Shown here: positions 57,980 to 64,000 of the stretch, one piece after another
Layout of the letters: every line of letters starts with the position of its first letter
Position numbering within the stretch: the first letter of the stretch is position 1
Assembly: GCA_965220565.1 (NCBI GenBank)
Contig: CBDCQG010000001.1
Coordinates: forward strand, 1,139,473 to 1,203,472
Length of the DNA stretch: 64,000 nt
DNA from: Dehalococcoidia bacterium
GTDB lineage: Bacteria > Chloroflexota > Dehalococcoidia > UBA6926
Direction: 5' to 3'
Position numbers and translations under genes: made by a program
The notes under the pieces: generated by a model
What the model was told of the DNA's origin: nothing
Databases searched by the model: none
Seen by the model: only the letters and a program-made list of their open reading frames with translations

Positions 57980-60187
57980 ATGGCCCGTGCCCGATACATC
58001 ACATGCAGTGTATGCAGAGTCAGCATGCACAACTATGCGTACGACTATCACGAGCACAACTCCCGCCGAAAGCCCGTCCCGGATAATTCAGAACGCTGCA
58101 CCGGCTGTCACGGTACCGGCCTGATACAAGGCGGCCAAGCCCACTATCTGGGCGGTCGAGTCCTACGGTGCACGCGCTGTGGCGGTCATGGATGGGTACG
58201 TGCCACGTATACCGCTCGCCCGTCACCTCGCGGAGGCATATCGTTCCTCAAGCCCAACCCGGATCTGGACCTATCACCGTCGGGCCGCGAACGGCTGATG
58301 GAAGAGGTGGAGCAAGTCGCGTCCGATGCGGAAAAAGAAGCAGAAGAGGAACGGCTGGCACGCTTACATGAGCGCATAGAGGAGCAAGAGCGTCGAGCGG
58401 AAGAAAGACGATTAGCGCGCGAGCGAAAGCAAACAGAAAGGCAAGAGCGCCGAGCGGAAGAAAGACGCACAGTACCCGAGCCCCGGCAAGAGATGACGAT
58501 GGAGCAAAAGGCACGGGAATTGGAGGAGCGAACATGGCGACATTCGTCCATCTGCCAGTGCGAGGCTTGTGCCGAGAAGCGCAGACTTCAGAGGCACTTG
58601 TCATACAGCAAGCGAAGGAGACGGGGTGAGAGGCCGTCTCCGAATAATCCACAGACTGACCCTGCCGAGATATGGGGTGAGGCAGCCAGGCGGCCCATTT
58701 TCGCCCCCGGCATGAGCTCACAGCAAATAGATGAAATTGGGGCTGCGCGTTCGCGGTCCCGCAAGCGGTTCCCCACCAAGTTCCTAATGTTCATTCTCGC
58801 GCTGGGCCTGCTTGGCGGCGGCGCTTACCTTGCCGCAACGCCGGCCGGAAACGATCTCCTTGATCGGGCGATGGACACTTTCCAGGATTGGACAAGCGGC
58901 GGAGGAAATTCCGCAGGATCGCCTGACGACGGCGGCTCCGGCAGCGGGGGTGGCAGTCTCCCAGCGGCGGCGCCGCCCGATACACCCACGCCAACTGCGA
59001 CCGCAACCTCAATTCCCACCGCCACACCCGCGCCAACACCTACCGTTGTGCCCGTGGGTCCGTGGGCAGGTTTCACGATAACGTCGGCCACCTTGGGCAA
59101 GGAGGTCCTGGACCGCCTGTCAGACGATGAGGTTGCCTGTCTGCAATTGGCAAATACATTTGTACATCCGCATCACTTTGCAACTTATCCACTGGGGATT
59201 CGAATCGACACTAACCCACCCGTCCGCGATGCCACCGACCTGCCGGAACTGTTTGACTGCCTGACATCCGAAAGCGCTCAGCATCTCGATTGGGCGATTG
59301 CGGTATTTCATGATCCGACGTTGGCGCCGACGCCCGAGCCAACAGTCAACCCGGAACCAACGCCTGAGCCGACGGAGGCGCCCAAGCCAACAGTAGAACC
59401 GGAGCCAACGCCCAAGCCGACAGCAACGCCGAAGCCAACACCCGGAGCTCATCTCCTCCATCTGGATGAGAAGAAATATATGTTGGAACTGATCAACAAT
59501 GTGCGCAGAGCAAATGGGCTTACAGAGCTGGAACTCGGAGACAATATCGCCGCGCAACTGCATGCCGAAAGCGCCCTCAAGAACTGTGTCTCATCACATT
59601 GGGGTTTGGACGGCTTAAAGCCCGGCATGCGCTACAGCCTCGCAGGCGGATATCAGTCCAATGGAGAAAATGTGTCCGGGTTGGACTATTGCTACAGCGC
59701 AAGAGACCGGGTGGCAACTATAGGAAGCGTACGCCAGAAAATCTTGCAGGCTCATCAGGGTTTGATGGGCAGCCCGGGACATCGAGCCAATATCCTGCGC
59801 GAGACTCATCGCAAGGTGAATATCGGACTGGCATGGGATCGTTACAACCTCTACCTGGCCCAACATTTTGAAGGCGGCCACGTTGAATATGAGCAGTTGC
59901 CTGAGATTTCAAACGGGGTCCTGCAAGTGAAAGGGAGCCTGGCTTCGGATTTCCGTTTTACGGGTGATGATGCGCTCGGTCTTCAGATCTACTATGACCC
60001 GCCTCCCCATAACCTGACACGCGGCCAGGTTTCACGGACGTACTGCTACGACAATGGCCGGCAGGTCGCCGCTCTGCGTCCACCACTATCCGGCGGATTC
60101 TACTATCCAACGCACTCGTTCACGACGAACCAGCAATTCTGCCCAAGCCCCTATGATGTTCCATCCACGGCTCAAGCTCCACGCTAG
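57980..60187 (+). CDS. Multidomain membrane protein: N-terminal DnaJ-type CxxCxGxG zinc-finger, charged coiled-coil, TM helix, PT linkers, C-terminal CAP/SCP/PR1-like domain
   Basis: CSVC, CTGCHGTG, CTRCGGHG, a 19-aa E/R repeat, the TM FLMFILALGLLGGGAYLAA, and a C-terminal ELINNVRRANGL...HRANIL...LAQHFEGGH (CAP-like). GC ~55%. Confidence 0.55.
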   Translation: MARARYITCSVCRVSMHNYAYDYHEHNSRRKPVPDNSERCTGCHGTGLIQGGQAHYLGGRVLRCTRCGGHGWVRATYTARPSPRGGISFLKPNPDLDLSPSGRERLMEEVEQVASDAEKEAEEERLARLHERIEEQERRAEERRLARERKQTERQERRAEERRTVPEPRQEMTMEQKARELEERTWRHSSICQCEACAEKRRLQRHLSYSKRRRRGERPSPNNPQTDPAEIWGEAARRPIFAPGMSSQQIDEIGAARSRSRKRFPTKFLMFILALGLLGGGAYLAATPAGNDLLDRAMDTFQDWTSGGGNSAGSPDDGGSGSGGGSLPAAAPPDTPTPTATATSIPTATPAPTPTVVPVGPWAGFTITSATLGKEVLDRLSDDEVACLQLANTFVHPHHFATYPLGIRIDTNPPVRDATDLPELFDCLTSESAQHLDWAIAVFHDPTLAPTPEPTVNPEPTPEPTEAPKPTVEPEPTPKPTATPKPTPGAHLLHLDEKKYMLELINNVRRANGLTELELGDNIAAQLHAESALKNCVSSHWGLDGLKPGMRYSLAGGYQSNGENVSGLDYCYSARDRVATIGSVRQKILQAHQGLMGSPGHRANILRETHRKVNIGLAWDRYNLYLAQHFEGGHVEYEQLPEISNGVLQVKGSLASDFRFTGDDALGLQIYYDPPPHNLTRGQVSRTYCYDNGRQVAALRPPLSGGFYYPTHSFTTNQQFCPSPYDVPSTAQAPR

Positions 60188-60475
60188 GGAGAGGAGTCCC
60201 ACCGCTTTTGGGCGAGCGCCAAGGCCGAAAGTGAAAGACTGGGCACTGTTCCTGTAACCGTTCCCTGGATTACTGCCAGCAGGCTACAAGCACGCGGGCA
60301 GGGTTTTGAGGCACGGGCATCGATACAGGATGTGCTGAATCGGTATGGACCAGGCGTTTATTCCATCATTGTTTGGGGTGATTTGGCCGGTCATGATGAA
60401 TCAGTCGTTATTTCACAGTATTCACTGTTCTACCAAATCGACCCACCTGCAACATACGATCCGTAACCGTTGATG

Positions 60476-60513
60476 GTGACAACATGCCCTGCTTATGTCA
60501 CTGTGTCCGCAAC
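60476..60513. promoter_or_regulatory. Conserved upstream element GTGACAAC-N13-TATGTCACTGTGTCCGCAAC (copy 1, upstream of maoC-N)
   Basis: Contains the inverted repeat GTGACA...TGTCAC. It is paralogous to 62410-62446. Confidence 0.45.
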
Positions 60514-60538
60514 ATGGGGGTTGAGAGGGGGCATCGCT

Positions 60539-61072
60539 ATGGCATCTGAGCCTGAGACGTATATCACGCCGGAGGTGGAGGTGTATATCGGGACGGAGAG
60601 TCCGCCGCTTGTCTCGCCGCCGGTGTCCGAGAGCGAGATCCGCCGGTTCGCCATCGCCGCGTATTGGCCGGAGGTGCCGCCGCGCCGCTTCTGGGACGAG
60701 GAGTACGCCAGGGAAACCCGCTTCGGCGGGATCGTCGCGCCGGATGAGTTCAACCCGTTCGGGTGGATGGTCGGGCGGGCGCACATCGGCCCGCAGCCTA
60801 CGCACATCGACGATGCCCAGGGAGAGCTTGAGGAGGCGCGCAACCTGCGGCCGCCCGGCGCGCCGGAGCGGTATCTCTATGCAGGGTCATCGTCCGAGTA
60901 CCACGCGCCCATCCGCCCCGGCGACGTCATCACGTCCATCCTGAAACTGACGGAGGTGTATGAGCGGCAGGGCGGGCTGGGGCTGATGCTGTTCTACGTC
61001 GTTGAGGAGCGCATGACGAACCAGAACGGCGAGCTGGTTCGCGTGTTTCGCACCAATAACATCCTGTACTAG
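60539..61072 (+). CDS. MaoC-like dehydratase N-terminal-domain protein (hot-dog hydratase subunit, ChsH2/HadA-like)
   Basis: About 178 aa with a MaoC N-domain architecture. The ATG at 60539 follows GAGAGGGGG. Confidence 0.6.
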   Translation: MASEPETYITPEVEVYIGTESPPLVSPPVSESEIRRFAIAAYWPEVPPRRFWDEEYARETRFGGIVAPDEFNPFGWMVGRAHIGPQPTHIDDAQGELEEARNLRPPGAPERYLYAGSSSEYHAPIRPGDVITSILKLTEVYERQGGLGLMLFYVVEERMTNQNGELVRVFRTNNILY

Positions 61073-61133
61073 GGTGTGGGATTTGCGGTACGGGGGTTTG
61101 GTTGGGCAATGAGTTCTGGATTCCCGCTTTCGC

Positions 61134-61180
61134 GGGAATGACGGGTGGGAGTCGGGAATGACGGGTGGCGGGGATGACGG
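61134..61180 (+). repeat. 20-nt-period direct repeats (GGGAATGACGGGTGG x2 plus degenerate GGGGATGACGG) immediately upstream of maoC-C
   Basis: Seen directly in the sequence. They are preceded by a hairpin ATTCCCGC-TTTC-GCGGGAAT at 61120-61139. Confidence 0.5.
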
Positions 61181-61194
61181 AGAGGAGAGAGACG

Positions 61195-61620
61195 ATGACA
61201 CTCTACTGGCAAGACGTTGACGAGGGCGCGGAGATTCCGGCGTTCTCACGCACGACGACCCTGATGAACTGGAACCGGTGGGCATCCGTGAACGATGAGT
61301 TCGTGCCGATGCACATGGACGACGACGATGCCCGCGCGAACGGCCAGCAGGCCGCGTTCGGCGAGGGGCCGCTGCGGTATTCATACCTGCACAGCGCGCT
61401 GCGCGAGTGGATCGGCGACGACGGGGACATCGTGTTCGTCAACGCGCAGTACCGCGGCATCAACTACAAGGGCGACACCTTGACCGTCTCAGGCCGCGTG
61501 ACCGGCAAGCGTGAGGAGAACGGCCGCCATCTCGTGGACGTGGACCTCGCCATCACCAATCAGCGCGGCGAGGCAGTCACGCCGGGCAACGCGACGGTGG
61601 CGCTGCCGAGCAGGGGCTAA
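61195..61620 (+). CDS. MaoC-like (R)-specific enoyl-CoA hydratase hot-dog subunit (ChsH1/HadB-like)
   Basis: About 141 aa hot-dog fold with NDEFVPMHMDDDDARANG (hydratase motif region). RBS GGAGAGGAGAG. Confidence 0.65.
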   Translation: MTLYWQDVDEGAEIPAFSRTTTLMNWNRWASVNDEFVPMHMDDDDARANGQQAAFGEGPLRYSYLHSALREWIGDDGDIVFVNAQYRGINYKGDTLTVSGRVTGKREENGRHLVDVDLAITNQRGEAVTPGNATVALPSRG

Positions 61621-61623
61621 CCA

Positions 61624-62061
61624 CTACCGGCTTACTGTCAGCGGGTTATGCCAGCGGAGGCCGGAAAAGCGGCCAAAGTCGTTGTCACCGGAATGAACCT
61701 CAGCCTGGTGCTCCATGGCCAGCGCCGCGATGTGCGCGTCAGTCGTCAGGTTTCCCCCAACGGCCGCTGCCAGAAGGGCCTGTCGCAAGAAGATCATGTG
61801 CCGCGCGCCGGGGTTTAGCGGCATGACATGTGGATAGCTGAACCACTCATCCACAGCATCCACGGCTTCCCCAAGCGTTGCGGGCCGTGTGAGGACGGCT
61901 CTACTCGTCATCAGTCGGATAAATCCCGCAGCAACAATCCACGGAATCCCAACTCGCTCGTCCCCATCCACCACGCCTTCCCACCAACGGCTGGCAGTAT
62001 CGTGGCGGGGCGCGTGGGGGTTGTAGGCGTAGATGAGCAGATTGGTGTCAGGAATAATCAC
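61624..62061 (-). CDS. vapC: PIN-domain toxin VapC
   Basis: IIPDTNLLIY, TTDAHIAA and SGDNDF acidic residues. GTG start overlapping the vapB stop. Confidence 0.8.
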   Translation of the reverse strand: MIIPDTNLLIYAYNPHAPRHDTASRWWEGVVDGDERVGIPWIVAAGFIRLMTSRAVLTRPATLGEAVDAVDEWFSYPHVMPLNPGARHMIFLRQALLAAAVGGNLTTDAHIAALAMEHQAEVHSGDNDFGRFSGLRWHNPLTVSR

Positions 62062-62345
62062 TCAGCGGGTTTTTCCTCAGTGTGCTGTCCCTCGGGATGC
62101 TTCTCGAGGAACGACTGTATCTCAAGTTCATCGTAGAGTTGATTGAGGCGGAAGGGATCAATATCCGGGCGGAATCCGCCGCCTATGGGACGAACCCTAA
62201 AGGGCTTGCGTTTCTCCGCTTGCGTAGGCGAAAGGCCTCGCCGCAACGCGTCATTCACAACCTCCTTGAAAGACACGTTGTACAGCGCAGCCTGCTCACG
62301 CAGGCTATGCGCAACATCCTCATCAAGCGTCAATGTCGTTCTCAT
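62058..62345 (-). CDS. vapB: VapB-type antitoxin (RHH-like)
   Basis: MRTTLTLDEDVAHSLREQAALYNVSFKEVVNDALRRGL, and a 4-nt overlap with vapC. Confidence 0.65.
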   Translation of the reverse strand: MRTTLTLDEDVAHSLREQAALYNVSFKEVVNDALRRGLSPTQAEKRKPFRVRPIGGGFRPDIDPFRLNQLYDELEIQSFLEKHPEGQHTEEKPAE

Positions 62346-62409
62346 GTAGACATCATGATGCCTTGCATCCATGCTGTCAAGATGCTTCCCTTCTCCGCCC
62401 ACCGCCCGC

Positions 62410-62446
62410 GTGACAACCCTGCCCTTCCTATGTCACTGTGTGCGCA
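62410..62446. promoter_or_regulatory. Conserved upstream element, copy 2 (upstream of the thiolase, divergent from vapB)
   Basis: GTGACAACCCTGCCCTTCCTATGTCACTGTGTGCGCA, with an extra GTGACAAG downstream. Confidence 0.45.
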
Positions 62447-62486
62447 GCGGGTGACAAGCGCCCACGTGGGGGAGGGGGAACAGTCT

Positions 62487-63656
62487 ATGACAACTGCAAG
62501 TGATCTATCGCGCGTGGCGGCGATTATCGGGGTGGATGAGTCCGATGAGATGGGGCACGTGCCGCACAAATCGTCGATGCAGCATCACGCGGAGGCAGCA
62601 GATAACGCGCTGCGCGACGCGGGCCTGACGCTGGATGACGTCGATGCGCTGTTCTGCGCCGGCGTCGGAACGGTCTCCGTCGCTGAGTATCTCGGCATCG
62701 TTCCCAAGTACACGGACACCACGTCCATCGGCGGCTCGTCGTTCCTTGCGCACGTGGAGCATGCGATGGCCGCCATCAACGCGGGGCTCATCGATGTCGC
62801 GCTGATCACGCACGGCGAGGCGGGGCGTTCATCCCGTGCTCGCGCGGGCCGCGACCCAACGGCGGCAGGCTCACAATTTGAGGCGCCCTACGGCATGATC
62901 GGCGCGCCGGTTGCGTATGCCATGGCATGCAGCCGCTACATGCACATGTACGGCGCAGAGCGTGTGCGGCAGGGCATGGCGGACGTGTCCATCGCCACGC
63001 GCAAGTGGGCCCTCAAGAATGAAAAATCGTTCGTCAATCATCCCTCCTGGATCGGCCCCGCAGACGTGGGCTATGAGGAATACCACGATTCCCGCTGGAT
63101 CGCGTGGCCGTTCCACATCATGGACTGCTGCCTGGTGACGGACGGCGGCGGGGCATGCGTGGTGGTGTCGGCGGACGTTGCCCGCAACGCGAAGAAGAAG
63201 CCTGCGTGGATCCTTGGCTCCGCGGAGGGGCACGACCACCAGATCATCAGCCAGATGCCGGACCTCACGCGCACCATCGCGCATGAGACCGGACCGCGCG
63301 CGTTGGAAATGGCGGGCGTCACACACGACGATATCGACCTCGCGATGATCTACGACTCGTTCACCTACACGGTGCTGACAACGCTGGAGAGCCTGGGGTT
63401 CTGCGGGCCGGGCGAGGCGCCGGATTTCGTGGCGAACCTGCGCACCGGGCCGGGCGGCGACTTCCCGATGAACACCAGCGGCGGCGGCCTGTCCTATGCC
63501 CACACGGGCATGTACGGCATGTTCCTGCTGATTGAGGCGACGCGGCAGCTGCGCGGCGAAAGCGGGGATCGGCAGGTTGAAGACTGCAACCTGTCGCTGG
63601 TGCATGGCACCGGCGGCGAGCTTTCCTCCACCGCGACGCTGGTCTTGGGCAACTAA
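62487..63656 (+). CDS. SCP-x-type thiolase / lipid-transfer protein (Ltp-like)
   Basis: A thiolase fold without a classical Cys-His-Cys triad arrangement, 390 aa. A DUF35 partner follows directly. Confidence 0.7.
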   Translation: MTTASDLSRVAAIIGVDESDEMGHVPHKSSMQHHAEAADNALRDAGLTLDDVDALFCAGVGTVSVAEYLGIVPKYTDTTSIGGSSFLAHVEHAMAAINAGLIDVALITHGEAGRSSRARAGRDPTAAGSQFEAPYGMIGAPVAYAMACSRYMHMYGAERVRQGMADVSIATRKWALKNEKSFVNHPSWIGPADVGYEEYHDSRWIAWPFHIMDCCLVTDGGGACVVVSADVARNAKKKPAWILGSAEGHDHQIISQMPDLTRTIAHETGPRALEMAGVTHDDIDLAMIYDSFTYTVLTTLESLGFCGPGEAPDFVANLRTGPGGDFPMNTSGGGLSYAHTGMYGMFLLIEATRQLRGESGDRQVEDCNLSLVHGTGGELSSTATLVLGN

Positions 63657-63669
63657 TAGGAGAACCACC

Positions 63670-64000
63670 ATGACAACTCAACCACCGACGGGAATGCCGA
63701 AGCCCCTGCCGACGCCGACGCAGGAAAACGACTTCTACTGGGAGAAATGCCACGAGCACGAGTTGTGGCTGCGAAGCTGCAACACCTGCGATGAGACGTA
63801 CTTCTACCCGCGGGATCTGTGCCCGATATGCCACTCCCGTGATACCACGTGGGTGCAGGCGAGCGGACGCGGCGAGGTGCATGCGTATGCCGTCGTTGAG
63901 CGGCCGCCGACGCCCGCCTTTGCGCAGGAGGTGCCGTTCATCACGGCGCTGATCAAGCTGGAGGAGGGGCCGATCCTGCCGACAAAGATTGTCGGCGTAG
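63670..64000 (+). CDS. DUF35 Zn-ribbon/OB-fold protein (thiolase partner), 3' end beyond the window
   Basis: CNTCDETYFYPRDLCPICHS zinc ribbon. RBS TAGGAGAA. Confidence 0.65.
   Translation, partial: MTTQPPTGMPKPLPTPTQENDFYWEKCHEHELWLRSCNTCDETYFYPRDLCPICHSRDTTWVQASGRGEVHAYAVVERPPTPAFAQEVPFITALIKLEEGPILPTKIVGV

Noticed and set aside
60470-60538. Upstream start of the maoC-N ORF (MMVTTCPAYV...)
   Set aside because: It would translate through the conserved GTGACA...TGTCAC element. The ATG at 60539 has a proper RBS.
1-64000. Search for CRISPR arrays, tRNA or rRNA genes, and IS or transposase genes
   Set aside because: No regularly spaced direct repeats, no cloverleaf-like conserved tRNA features in intergenic regions, and no transposase or integrase-like ORFs were found by eye. 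This is subject to the limits of manual inspection.

Overview
The window is high-GC (~65%) bacterial chromosome, mostly housekeeping and metabolic genes. Pro/Thr-rich linkers and overall composition suggest a Chloroflexota- or Actinomycetota-like organism, but that is only inference. Read from the left, the recognisable blocks are: a pgk-apgM-tpiA glycolytic cluster; a Gfo/Idh/MocA oxidoreductase, miaA and dapF; three tandem paralogous MFS transporters; a DapL-like aminotransferase; CcdA, ArsR and a CrtC/AttH-like lipoprotein; an ECF sigma/anti-sigma pair; a heterodimeric ABC exporter; a low-GC Type II restriction-modification pair; a TetR regulator followed by a UbiD/UbiA/UbiX operon that matches the late futalosine steps (MqnL/MqnP/MqnM); a NitT/TauT ABC importer; a Dpp-type permease operon with a tandem-duplicated dppB; argC; a decayed toxin-antitoxin locus; nth; tldD/pmbA; a low-GC two-gene ATPase + nuclease-like module; RidA, RNase D and PcrA/UvrD; a ThDP enzyme; speH-speE; and a lipid/steroid-side-chain-like catabolic cluster (ACAD, tandem-fused family III CoA-transferase, ACAD, split MaoC hydratase, SCP-x-type thiolase, DUF35). 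That last cluster is interrupted by a lower-GC CAP-domain membrane protein gene and a vapBC module. No rRNA, tRNA or CRISPR array was seen. The strongest candidate for an undescribed system is the compositionally foreign AAA15/ABC-type ATPase + small PD-(D/E)xK-like protein pair at 43.6-45.5 kb. Other noteworthy items are paralogous operator-like motifs inside the catabolic cluster, the fused double CoA-transferase and the toxin-deleted TA remnant.
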